From an uncultured Variovorax sp. (GTDB taxonomy: Bacteria > Pseudomonadota > Gammaproteobacteria > Burkholderiales > Burkholderiaceae_C), in NCBI GenBank assembly GCA_903872875.1, contig CAIQMJ010001129.1:1-34694 (forward strand): a stretch of 34,694 nucleotides of DNA, in the 5' to 3' direction. This document shows, one piece after another, positions 8,728 to 18,157 of this stretch. Made by a program: the position numbers and the translations under genes. Below the pieces are notes generated by a model. That model saw only the letters and a program-made list of their open reading frames with translations. It made no database searches and was not told the origin of the DNA. The number at the start of each line of letters is the position of its first letter. Position 1 is the first letter of the stretch.

Positions 8728-9432
8728 ATGCTTGAAGTCTCCAATCTCCACAAAAGCTTCGGCGGTCTCGTCGCCGTCAAGTCCTTGTCGTTCAACGTGC
8801 CCGACGACAGCATCCTGGGCCTGATCGGCGTCAATGGCTCCGGCAAGACGACGGTGATGAACTGCATCAACGGCATTTACCATGCCAGCGGTGGATCGAT
8901 CCGCTTCAAGAGCGAAGAAGTCATCGGTCGTCGGGCGCACGAGGTCACGCGCCTCGGAATCGGACGCACCTTCCAGGTCCCGCGGCTCTTCAGGCGATTG
9001 ACGCTCGTCGAGAATCTGCTGGTCCCGGTGCTGGGGGCGAGCGGCAGGACGAGCACGCTGGTGGCGCAGGCCGAGGCGCTGTTGGCCGAGGTCGACCTCT
9101 ATCGGTTGCGCGACAACTATGCCGAGGAGCTCTCGGGCGGCCAGCAGAAGCTGGTCGAACTGTTGCGGGTGATGATGCTGGACCCCACGCTGATCCTGCT
9201 CGACGAGCCCTTTGCCGGTGTGCATCCGAACCTGTGCCGCGTCTTCATCGACCAGATCATGAAGCTGAAGCAACGCGGCAAGAGCTTCATCCTCGTGAGC
9301 CACGACATGACCTCCGTCTACCGTCTGTCCGATCACATCCTCGTGCTCAATCAGGGGGAGACGATCGCCGAGGGCGACGCCGCAGCCATTCAGAACAATC
9401 CGGCCGTGGTCGAGGCCTTCCTGGGGCGCTGA
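8728..9432 (+). CDS. ABC transporter ATP-binding protein, LivG-like
   Basis: KSFGGLVAV, Walker A GVNGSGKTT, RTFQ, LSGGQQ, LLDEPFAGV, VVEAFLG. Confidence 0.93.
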   Translation: MLEVSNLHKSFGGLVAVKSLSFNVPDDSILGLIGVNGSGKTTVMNCINGIYHASGGSIRFKSEEVIGRRAHEVTRLGIGRTFQVPRLFRRLTLVENLLVPVLGASGRTSTLVAQAEALLAEVDLYRLRDNYAEELSGGQQKLVELLRVMMLDPTLILLDEPFAGVHPNLCRVFIDQIMKLKQRGKSFILVSHDMTSVYRLSDHILVLNQGETIAEGDAAAIQNNPAVVEAFLGR

Positions 9433-9434
9433 GC

Positions 9435-10223
<789 letters not shown>

Positions 10224-10225
10224 AC

Positions 10226-11659
10226 ATGACGACAACCACGCAGACGCTGGACACCGCCGAACTCGCGGACCTTCCCATCCATCGCCTAGCACCTCTGATC
10301 GAGGCCGGCACCGTGTCGCCGGTCGCACTGCTCGAGGCGTGCCTCGCGCGCATCGAGCAGACCGACGATCACCTGCATGCCTTCATCGACGTTTGGGCCG
10401 ATGAGGCGCGCAGCGGCGCGCGACAGGCGGAGGCGGACATTGCGGCCGGCCGCTACCTCGGCCCGCTTCACGGCATACCCATTGCATTGAAGGACCTGAT
10501 CGAGGTCGAGGGCAGGCGCACCACGGTCGGCTCCGCGTACTGGCGCGAGCGCGTCTCGCCATGCACGGCGACGGTCGTGAAGCGCCTCAAAGCCGCGGGC
10601 GCGATCCTTCTCGGAAAGCTGCACATGGTGGAGTTCGCATTCGGCGGCTGGGGCACTAACCCAAGGCTCGGTACGCCGCGCAATCCATGGGACTTGGCGC
10701 ATCACCGGTCGCCGGGCGGATCGTCGAGCGGTTCCGGCGTCGCCGTGGCGGCTGGAATGGTGCCCGCCTCGCTCGGCTCGGACACAGGCGGCTCGGTGCG
10801 CATCCCGGCATCCATGAATGGCGTGGTCGGCCTCAAGCCGACGGCGGCCAGCGTGAGCAATCATGGCGTGTTTCCATTGAGCCAGACGCTCGACTCGATC
10901 GGTCCGCTCGCGCGCAGCGTCGAAGACGCGGCAATCGTGTTTGGAGCAATCTGCGGTGTCGATCCCGACGATGCGGCCACTGCCTTTGCACCGAAGATGG
11001 ATCCGGTCGCGGCGTTGAACCGCCCCGTGACGGGGCTGCGGCTGGGACTGGTTGGCGCCGCGCAGCTGCCGGGCGTCGACGAGCAGGTCATGCAGGCCGT
11101 GGCTGCTGCAGCGCAGGTGCTGCATGAACTGGGTGCGGCGGTCGAGCCCATCGAGCTCCCGAGGCAGCCCGTCGATTACTGCAAGGGAGCCTCGCACATC
11201 ATCCGTACGGAGGGGTATGCCAACTTGATCGACATCATCCATGCGGACAGCGACGACTTCGGTCCGGCCGTGCGCGCGCGGGTGCTGGCGGGGAAAGATG
11301 GTGCCGCGGTGGCCTATGCCGGCACCCTCATCGAACGGCGGGAAGACATGAGCCGCATGGGCAGGGCACTCTTCGGCTTCGACGCGATCTTGCTGCCGAC
11401 GACCGTCATGGCGTCGCCGCGACTGGACAGCATCGACGAGGAGCACATGCCCCTGTCGGACTTGACGCGCTTCGTGAACTATCTGGGCCTCTGTGCACTC
11501 GCGTTGCCATGCGGCTTCAACCGCGAGGGCATGCCGCTGTCGCTGCAGATCGTGGGCAGGGCGTTCGCGGAGGATCTTGTGCTGCGCATCGGATGGGCCT
11601 ACGAACAGGCCACCGGTTGGCATCGTTGCCGGCCGTACGTTGGCGGGTTGCCCCGGTGA
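10226..11659 (+). CDS. Amidase signature family enzyme
   Basis: GPLHGIPIALKD (catalytic Lys), PGGSSSGS and GSDTGGSVRIPASMNGVVGLKPT (Ser-cisSer-Lys triad). Confidence 0.95.
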   Translation: MTTTTQTLDTAELADLPIHRLAPLIEAGTVSPVALLEACLARIEQTDDHLHAFIDVWADEARSGARQAEADIAAGRYLGPLHGIPIALKDLIEVEGRRTTVGSAYWRERVSPCTATVVKRLKAAGAILLGKLHMVEFAFGGWGTNPRLGTPRNPWDLAHHRSPGGSSSGSGVAVAAGMVPASLGSDTGGSVRIPASMNGVVGLKPTAASVSNHGVFPLSQTLDSIGPLARSVEDAAIVFGAICGVDPDDAATAFAPKMDPVAALNRPVTGLRLGLVGAAQLPGVDEQVMQAVAAAAQVLHELGAAVEPIELPRQPVDYCKGASHIIRTEGYANLIDIIHADSDDFGPAVRARVLAGKDGAAVAYAGTLIERREDMSRMGRALFGFDAILLPTTVMASPRLDSIDEEHMPLSDLTRFVNYLGLCALALPCGFNREGMPLSLQIVGRAFAEDLVLRIGWAYEQATGWHRCRPYVGGLPR

Positions 11660-11699
11660 CGCGGTGAGACAAGCGCGCCGGCACGTGACGTGCTGACGG

Positions 11700-11965
11700 A
11701 TGTCGTTTAGGCACGATCCGCCAGCGAGCGATCACGTTGGCGACGCGTTCGCCGATGCGCGCGCCGCGACGGATCGCTGGCGCATTGGCGAACGAGACCA
11801 CACCATCGTTAAGGACTGAGTGCGCATCGCCGATGCGTGCCGACGCGCCCGCACGGTCAACGCGGCAATCCCGTGGCTGTCCAGTGCAGCCAGGTGCGTG
11901 ACGCCGGCATCGTGGAGGACTGCCGCCCCGGCGGCTACTGCCAAGGCCTTCGTGGCAATACCACC
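11700..11965 (-). pseudogene. Frameshifted C-terminal fragment of a conserved hypothetical protein
   Basis: AVLHDAGV...LAALDSHGIAALTV then, in another frame, ASARIGDAHSVLNDGVVSFANAPA...GARIG. Resembles, from memory, an uncharacterised proteobacterial family with HDAG/SARIGD motifs; no credible start. Confidence 0.5.
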
Positions 11966-11989
11966 GATCAGGCTGGAGGAGCCGGGATA

Positions 11990-12223
11990 CGTCGGGGCGC
12001 GGTCCGTCATTCGAGCGAACGCGGGCGTTGAGTTTTGCGTTCACCGTCACAGCCGAACTCATGCTGCAGCTCGACGCCTACGCCGAGGTGCACAGCCGGC
12101 TGCATGGGCCGGTGGATGCGGTAGGGCTGATCCCGCACATGCTGGGCCTTCATTGCGCACGACCGGGGTTTCAAGGCGGCGCTGAGAGTCAAGTCAGCGA
12201 GGTCGGCCGATCCGGCCTCGTAG
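11990..12223 (+). pseudogene. DUF2274-like protein remnant (usually follows trbI in Tn4371-type ICEs)
   Basis: FAFTVTAELMLQLDAYAEVHSRLHGPVDAVGLIPHML, frameshift near 12145, then AFIAHDRGFK...* (TAG 12221-12223). Matches the recalled DUF2274 pattern LIPHML.AF...DRGF. Confidence 0.65.
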
Positions 12224-12225
12224 GC

Positions 12226-13046
12226 TTATCCCAGTCGCTGCGCCAGCAAGTCGGCTTGTTCGGCGAACTTGGCCGGGCCTTTGCGTTTCAGTTGGGCCAG
12301 GTTCTGCACCTTCCAGCGAATGCCTGGCAGATGCTCGGCATGCGCGATGCCCAGCAGCGGCCATTCCGGTTAACCATTGACGAGCGACAGCAGAAGGCGG
12401 CGCTCATCGCCGTGAAGGCTGCTTTGCAATTCCTGGACCATGCGCTTGCGCGCGGCCAGCAGCGCGCCCAGTTCGACTGGCTCGGTGGTCATGCCCCTGA
12501 AGTTGCGTTCGTACTCCTGGCTGATGTCGCGCATGGTCGGGAACAAGACTTCATGGACCGTTCGGTTGTGACTGGCGAGGTAAACCACGAAGGCGCGCCG
12601 CCGTACACATCTTCCAGCGACACCACCGGAATCTCCAACTCGGCCAGCAAGGTGTCCCGGGCTGCGGGCGTCAACGCCGCGGTGGGCGCGAGCTCGACGG
12701 TGCCACGCATTACGAAGTTCACTTCGACCTTGACCTCAATCTTTCCGCGGCGTACCAGCAGTTTGGTTTCGCCGGCATCGGCCGTTGCCAGCGCGTGTGT
12801 CTGAAAACCCCGGGCGTCCAGGCGCTCTGCAGATTGCCGGATGGCGTCATTGATGCGTGCGATTGCTGCGTCACGAGGCAGGCTGTGGTCGGGGAAGACC
12901 AGATCCAGATCGATCGACAGCCGTGGTATGTCACGGATGAACAGATTGATCGCGGTGCCGCCCTCGAGCGCGAACGTGTTGTCCGCAAAGACGAAGGGCG
13001 CGATCTGGGTCAGCAGGCGGGCCGTGTCGAGGTAGGTCTGGTTCAC
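12226..13046 (-). pseudogene. AbiEii/AbiGii-family nucleotidyltransferase toxin (type IV TA), inactivated
   Basis: FALEGGTAINLF...PRLSIDLDL...KVEVN...EDVYGG; internal deletion plus frameshift near 12600; resumes RAFVVYLASHNR...; premature TAA at 12370-12372; then PEWPLLG...LPGIRWKVQNL...RLG* (12226-12228). Confidence 0.85.
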
Positions 13047-13118
13047 CCGCATTTTCCCGGTGCGGTGGGCTCGCCGGCGACGCCGGTTGCCACGCCTGAA
13101 CTCCGCCGCGCATGGTTG

Positions 13119-14471
13119 TCAGGCTACGGCGAGCTGCGCCATCAGTTGCCGCACAGACTGTTCTTCGATCGAGAAGCAGGCCGATGCGAAGGCCTCTGCG
13201 GAAATGCCCGAATGGCCGAACGCGCAGCAGTCGGCACCCTTCTGAACCAGCTCCGCATCGCTCAGCGGGTATTCGGTGCTGCCACGCAGGCGTTCGATGC
13301 GCAGAGGCAGCAGCCGGCCGTCGCGCAGCCGGACGTCGAGCTGGGCCCAGCGTGGGAACATCGGCGGTTCGCATTCGCTGACGCGCACCTTGTCGAAGAA
13401 GGCCTGCAGCGCCGACCGCTGCACCGCCGCATCGTCGAAGCTCGCCAGGTTCACATGGCCGTCGTGCAGCGCCGTGGCCACCGCGTACTCCATGCTGAAC
13501 TTGGCTTCCAGCCCCGTCTGCGGCCGGTGGTAGATCAATGGCACCGTCGCGCGGTAATTGGTACGCACATCGACGCGTTCGACGTCGGAGAGCGTGATAC
13601 GGTGCGCCGCGACGATGTCGAGCAAACCGTCGATGGTGCGATGCGTGGCATAGCACAGTGGGTACTTCTTTACCTCGATGCCGGCACTGTCGATCTCCAG
13701 GGGCAGGCTGCCCAGCGTGTCGAGCTGGCCGTGGATGTCCTGCCCGTCGGCATACAGCACGGTGTAGCCGTGGCCGCCGTCCATCGCTAAGCGCGACGCG
13801 TCGAAGCCAGCCTGAGCCAGCAGCACCGCGCGTAGCGCGGCGGCATTGGCAAGGCCGGCCTGGAAAGGCTTTGACATGGTGCCGAAGTTCTGCCGCGTGC
13901 CCGAGATCTGCGACACCGCGACGCCCAGGGCGTGCGTTGTGCACGCGAGGTCGAGGCCAAGCAGATGCGCGCAGGCCGCGGTGGCGCCGAAGGTTGCGAT
14001 CGATGCGGTCGAGTGCCAGCCTTTGGCGTACTGGTCGTCCACGATGGCGCGTGCCAGCTTCAGCGTGACCTCGAAGCCGACCGCGAAGGCGTCGACCACC
14101 GCACGGCCGGCGATGCCGATGCTTTCCCCGAGTGCCAGTAGCGCGGGCAGCATGGCCACGCTCGGATGGCCGCGCAACGGCGAGGACACGTCGTCGTAAT
14201 CGAGCGCATGCGCCATCGTGCCGTTGACCAGGGCGGCGTATTCCACCGACAGTCGTTCGCCGGTGGCCCACACGGTGGCCGCGCTGCCAGCACCCTGGGC
14301 GCGTGCGTAGCTCAGCATGTTGCGCGAGACCGGCTCGTCGATGCCGGCCAGGCCGCAGACCATCGTGTCGTAGGTTGCGCGGGCGATCACGTGGCGCGTC
14401 GCGGGCGCGAGCTGGGCGGCGTCGAAGCCGACGACGAAGCGGGCGATCTTTTCGCTGGCGGACAAATTCAT
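13119..14471 (-). CDS. MmgE/PrpD family protein
   Basis: AALVNGTMAHALDYDD, GHPSVAMLPALLA, GWHST, TMSKPFQAG, KKYPLCYATH, EAKFSMEY; ATGA-coupled to the upstream DUF35 gene. Confidence 0.93.
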   Translation of the reverse strand: MNLSASEKIARFVVGFDAAQLAPATRHVIARATYDTMVCGLAGIDEPVSRNMLSYARAQGAGSAATVWATGERLSVEYAALVNGTMAHALDYDDVSSPLRGHPSVAMLPALLALGESIGIAGRAVVDAFAVGFEVTLKLARAIVDDQYAKGWHSTASIATFGATAACAHLLGLDLACTTHALGVAVSQISGTRQNFGTMSKPFQAGLANAAALRAVLLAQAGFDASRLAMDGGHGYTVLYADGQDIHGQLDTLGSLPLEIDSAGIEVKKYPLCYATHRTIDGLLDIVAAHRITLSDVERVDVRTNYRATVPLIYHRPQTGLEAKFSMEYAVATALHDGHVNLASFDDAAVQRSALQAFFDKVRVSECEPPMFPRWAQLDVRLRDGRLLPLRIERLRGSTEYPLSDAELVQKGADCCAFGHSGISAEAFASACFSIEEQSVRQLMAQLAVA

Positions 14472-14905
14472 GAGGCCTCCTGCAGGGAGAAGATGGGCAA
14501 GGTGAAATCGCCCACTGTGGGCTGGAAGCCCAGGAACACGGGCTGGTCGAGGCGCAGCCCCGCCAGCGTCTTCACGCCGGCCAGCCGCGTGACGAGCACC
14601 GGGCCTTCGGCCAGGCGCACCATGGCGACGGTGTAGGGCACCAGCGTCGACACGCTGTCCCAGTAGCCCTTGTGGAAGCGGCACCACGAGAACAGCCTGC
14701 CGCGTCCGCTCGCCGGAATCCATTCCTGCAGGTCGGACAAGCATTTCGGGCAGACGGGCGAGGGCGGAAAGTGGATGTCGCCACAGGCGGTGCAGCGCTG
14801 CAGGCCCAGGAGGTTCTGGCGCGCGAATTCCCAGAACGGCGCGCCGAGCTGGTCGGGCTTGGGCACGGGAAAGCCGGCGGGGGTAGGCGCGAGGTTGGGG
14901 TTCAT
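14468..14905 (-). CDS. DUF35 Zn-ribbon/OB-fold protein (ChsH2 C-terminal-like)
   Basis: PFWE...LQRCTACG..HFPP..VCPKC (four Cys), SGRGRLFSW, PYTVAMVRLAEGP. Confidence 0.93.
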   Translation of the reverse strand: MNPNLAPTPAGFPVPKPDQLGAPFWEFARQNLLGLQRCTACGDIHFPPSPVCPKCLSDLQEWIPASGRGRLFSWCRFHKGYWDSVSTLVPYTVAMVRLAEGPVLVTRLAGVKTLAGLRLDQPVFLGFQPTVGDFTLPIFSLQEAS

Positions 14906-14925
14906 GTGAGGCGTGTCCCTTCTTC

Positions 14926-16047
14926 TCAGCCAGCGGTGTAGATGATCGAGCGCGAGCAGGGCGTTGCGGCCACGTACTGCACCGTCTTGCAGTTCGGAAC
15001 CTGGCGCTCGCCGCCGTCGCCGCGCACTTGGCGCACGGCCTCGGCGTTCAGCGCCCAGCCCTGCATGTACGAGTTCGACAGGTGCCCGCCGTCGGTGTTG
15101 GTGGGCAGCGCGCCGCCCAGCTTCAGGCGCCCGTCACGCACGAAGGCGCCGCCTTCGCCGCGCCCGCAGAAGCCCATGCCTTCGAGGCTGAACAGCACGG
15201 TCGGGCTGAAGTTGTCGTAGCACATGAGGGCGTCGATATCCTCGGGTCCGATACCGGCCATGCCGTAGACATCCGACTTCACCTTGCCGAGCGCCTCGTA
15301 CCAGAAGTCGCCCGAGAAATTAGGTAGCGACGAATCGACGTAGCTCTCTTGCGCGCCAATGCCCGAGATCAACACGGGCGGGCGCTTCAGGTCGCGTGCA
15401 CGTTCGGTGGTGGTCAGAATCAGACAGACCGCGCCGTCGTTGATGAGGCAGTAGTCGAGCAAGCGCAGCGGCTCGGTGATGAAGCGTGAGGCTTCATGGT
15501 CTTCCAGTGTGACCGGCTTTTTCATGACCGCGTCTGGGTTCATGCACGCATGCGTGCGGAATGCCACCGCGACCTCGGCCAAGTCGCGCGAGGTGGTGCC
15601 GAACATTTGGGCGTGGCGCTGGTACATCAGCGCATGGCCCGCGCCCGGCGAGGTGAAGCCCCACGGGTTCCAGATGTTCGGGCTCTCCTCGCCCCCGTAG
15701 TTCACGCGGCGCGAGCGGCCGATGTTGGCGTAGATCAGCGCGACGTGGTCGGTCAGGCCCGCATGCAGCGCGGCGATGGCCTCGATGATGGAGATGCCCG
15801 ACATGCGGCCGTGCGCTGGCAGCGTGAGCGTCCAGCGCGGGTCGATGCCCAGCACTTCGCCCATGCGGGCATACGACGGAACGCGGCACACGCCGAGCCC
15901 GTCGATCGCATTCTTGTCGAGCCCGCAGTCCTCGATGGCGTTGCGGAACGCCCAGGCGCCGAGCCCGTATTCGTCGAGCTGCGGAAAGCTGCCGAACGGC
16001 GTGGTGCCCACGCCGACCACCGCGATCTTGTCCTTGAGGGCGCGCAT
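14926..16047 (-). CDS. Thiolase-superfamily protein, SCP-x/Ltp2 type (probable acyl-CoA retro-aldolase)
   Basis: IAVVGVGTT, NPDAVM, PLRLLDYCLINDGA, YDNFSPTV, LPTNTDGGHLSNSYMQG. No nucleophilic Cys at the usual N-domain position. Alternative start at 16077. Confidence 0.88.
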   Translation of the reverse strand: MRALKDKIAVVGVGTTPFGSFPQLDEYGLGAWAFRNAIEDCGLDKNAIDGLGVCRVPSYARMGEVLGIDPRWTLTLPAHGRMSGISIIEAIAALHAGLTDHVALIYANIGRSRRVNYGGEESPNIWNPWGFTSPGAGHALMYQRHAQMFGTTSRDLAEVAVAFRTHACMNPDAVMKKPVTLEDHEASRFITEPLRLLDYCLINDGAVCLILTTTERARDLKRPPVLISGIGAQESYVDSSLPNFSGDFWYEALGKVKSDVYGMAGIGPEDIDALMCYDNFSPTVLFSLEGMGFCGRGEGGAFVRDGRLKLGGALPTNTDGGHLSNSYMQGWALNAEAVRQVRGDGGERQVPNCKTVQYVAATPCSRSIIYTAG

Positions 16048-16078
16048 CGCGCTGCCCCTACCGAGGCTTGTCTGCATC

Positions 16079-17326
16079 TCAGGCCTTTCCCGTGGCGGGA
16101 CCCGAGACCACGCCGCGTTCTTCCAGGCCGTCGATCTGCGCGTTCGACATGCCGAACAGGCGCGACAACACGTCGCGCGAATGCTCACCCACCAGCGGGC
16201 CGCGCTCCAGCGTGCGCGTGGGCGTGCGGGAGAACTTGATCGGCGTGCCCGCGATCTTCACCTTGCGCGTGGCGCCGGGGTAGGGCTCGATGTCGACCAG
16301 CATGCGGCGCGTCTGCACCTCGGGGTCGGCAAAGATGTCGGCCGCGTCGTTCACCGGCGCCGCCAGCACCTGGTTCGCCAGCAGCGCCTCGAGCACCGCC
16401 GTGCGGCTGCGAGTGATGGCCCAGGCGCGCATGATCTCGTCGATTTCCTCTCGGTGGTCGCGGCGCGCGGCGCGGGTCGCGAAGCGCACATCGGTGCCGA
16501 GCTCGGGCTGGCCGATGGCCGTGGCGATGCGGCGCCAGAACTTGTCGTTGGGCGCGGCCACCACGAACTGGCCGTCGTTCGCGGGGTACACCGTGTAGGG
16601 CGCCGAGAACGGATGCGCGTTGCCCATGGGGCGCGGGATGTCGCCCGTATAGGAGTGCTGGTAGAGCATGCGTTCGCACAGCGACAGCATCGCGTCGTAC
16701 ATCGAGGTGTCCACGTACTGGCCTTCGCCGGTGCGCTCGCGCGACTGCAGCGCCGCAAGGATGCCCACGGTGCATAGCGCGCCCGGAAAAATGTCGCCCA
16801 CGCCGGGTCCGACCTTGTAGACTTGGCCGTCGGCCGAGCCGGTGATGCTCATAATCCCGGAGATCGCCTGCACCAGCAGGTCGACCGTGGGTCGCTCCGG
16901 GAACGCCGTGCCCAGCGTGCGCTTGTCGCCGAACCCACGGATGCTGGCGTACACCAGGCGCGGATTGGCCTCGGCCAGCGTCTCGTAGGCGAGGCCGTAT
17001 TTCTCCATCACGCCGCCGCGGAAGTTCTCCACCACCACGTCCACCTGCTTGACCAGCTCGAGCACCAGCGCGCGGCCTTCTGCGCTTTTCAGGTCGATGC
17101 AGATGCCCTTCTTGCTGCGGTTCAGGCTGTTGAAGAAGCCGCCCATGTCCTGGTCGCGGGTGGCCGCGTCCAGGTAGGGGCCGCTGGTGCGCGTGTGGTC
17201 GCCGCCGGGCTCCTCGATCTTGACGACGTCGGCGCCAAGGTCGGACAGCAGCATGGTCGCGTACGGACCGGCCAGGAAGCGGGTGAAGTCGAGTACGCGG
17301 ATTCCCTCCAGGGGGCCTGTGGTCAT
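16079..17326 (-). CDS. Family III CoA-transferase (CaiB/BaiF)
   Basis: PLEGIRVLDFTRFLAGPYATMLLSDLGADVVKIE, LNRSKK, VENFRGG, catalytic Asp in GVGDIFPG, GPLVGEHS. Confidence 0.94.
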   Translation of the reverse strand: MTTGPLEGIRVLDFTRFLAGPYATMLLSDLGADVVKIEEPGGDHTRTSGPYLDAATRDQDMGGFFNSLNRSKKGICIDLKSAEGRALVLELVKQVDVVVENFRGGVMEKYGLAYETLAEANPRLVYASIRGFGDKRTLGTAFPERPTVDLLVQAISGIMSITGSADGQVYKVGPGVGDIFPGALCTVGILAALQSRERTGEGQYVDTSMYDAMLSLCERMLYQHSYTGDIPRPMGNAHPFSAPYTVYPANDGQFVVAAPNDKFWRRIATAIGQPELGTDVRFATRAARRDHREEIDEIMRAWAITRSRTAVLEALLANQVLAAPVNDAADIFADPEVQTRRMLVDIEPYPGATRKVKIAGTPIKFSRTPTRTLERGPLVGEHSRDVLSRLFGMSNAQIDGLEERGVVSGPATGKA

Positions 17327-17406
17327 GGGTGTTCCTTGCAAGTGATGAATGGCGCGCAGCGCGGTGCCGCGGCGAACTCCGAAGCCTTGGCTGCGGGCGT
17401 GCATCG

Positions 17407-17448
17407 ATTCTCAAAATCCGCTGCCCGCGCAGCTTGGAGGAAATTGCG
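17407..17448 (-). promoter_or_regulatory. Conserved box CGCAATTTCCTCCAAG (17448-17433) + 20 nt + -10-like GAGAAT
   Basis: One of five similar boxes with fixed spacing to a -10-like hexamer; upstream of the CoA-transferase/thiolase/DUF35/MmgE genes. Confidence 0.65.
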
Positions 17449-17471
17449 CTCTTGACGGCCCCAGCACAGAG

Positions 17472-18134
17472 TCAGGCGGCATCGGGCGCCGGGGAACCCG
17501 ACGCCTCGCGCGCGTTCCAGTCGGCGAAGGTCTGGCGCCGGATCTCGTAGAGATCGGTGGTGCGCGCATACCAGCCGCGGCCGTGCATCCGCGCGACGAG
17601 CTGCAGCTTCGACGTGTCGACGTAATGGCGTTTGGCGTCGAGCACGCAGTCGTCGCGCACGTACAGAGCGAGCACGCGGCCCAGCACGATGGTCCAGCGC
17701 TCGCCCACGGGCACGAGCTGGTGCGTCACGCATTCCATCGCGACCGGGCTGTCGGCCACGCGCGGCGCGCGCACGAACTGCGAGGGCGCCGCGCGCAGTC
17801 GGGCGATGGCCATCTCGTCGACCCCGGGCGGGAAGTCGATCGCCGTGGTGTTCATCTGCTGCGCGAGCGGCTCGGACACCAGGCACACGGTGAACTCGCC
17901 GGTGGCGCGGATATTGCGCAGCGTGTCCTTGGTGCGGCCGGCTTCGCCGGTGCTGATGCCGATCGCCACCACTGCGGGGTCGTTGGTGAGGATGTTGAAG
18001 TACGAGAACGCCGAGAGGTTGGGCCTGCCGTCCTCGTCCACGCTCGCGACCCATGCGATGGGGCGCGGCACGATGGTGGAGGCGAGCAGCTTGTAGCAGT
18101 CCTGCGCGGCGCGCGCGGAGAAGTCGAAGAGCAT
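17472..18134 (-). CDS. Flavin reductase-like (FMN-binding split barrel) protein
   Basis: YKLLASTIVPRPIAWV, NLSAFSYFN, KDTLRNIRATGEF, PRVADSPVAMEC. Confidence 0.92.
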   Translation of the reverse strand: MLFDFSARAAQDCYKLLASTIVPRPIAWVASVDEDGRPNLSAFSYFNILTNDPAVVAIGISTGEAGRTKDTLRNIRATGEFTVCLVSEPLAQQMNTTAIDFPPGVDEMAIARLRAAPSQFVRAPRVADSPVAMECVTHQLVPVGERWTIVLGRVLALYVRDDCVLDAKRHYVDTSKLQLVARMHGRGWYARTTDLYEIRRQTFADWNAREASGSPAPDAA

Positions 18135-18157
18135 GGGAGTCTTGTGATGTATGGAGT

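Noticed and set aside
10226-11659. Amidase as gatA
   Set aside because: No gatB/gatC nearby; the context is a transporter-linked catabolic operon.
12028-12804. 258-aa plus-strand ORF as a real gene
   Set aside because: Only the first ~39 codons look like protein (DUF2274 remnant); the rest is frameshifted read-through antisense to the abiEii pseudogene.
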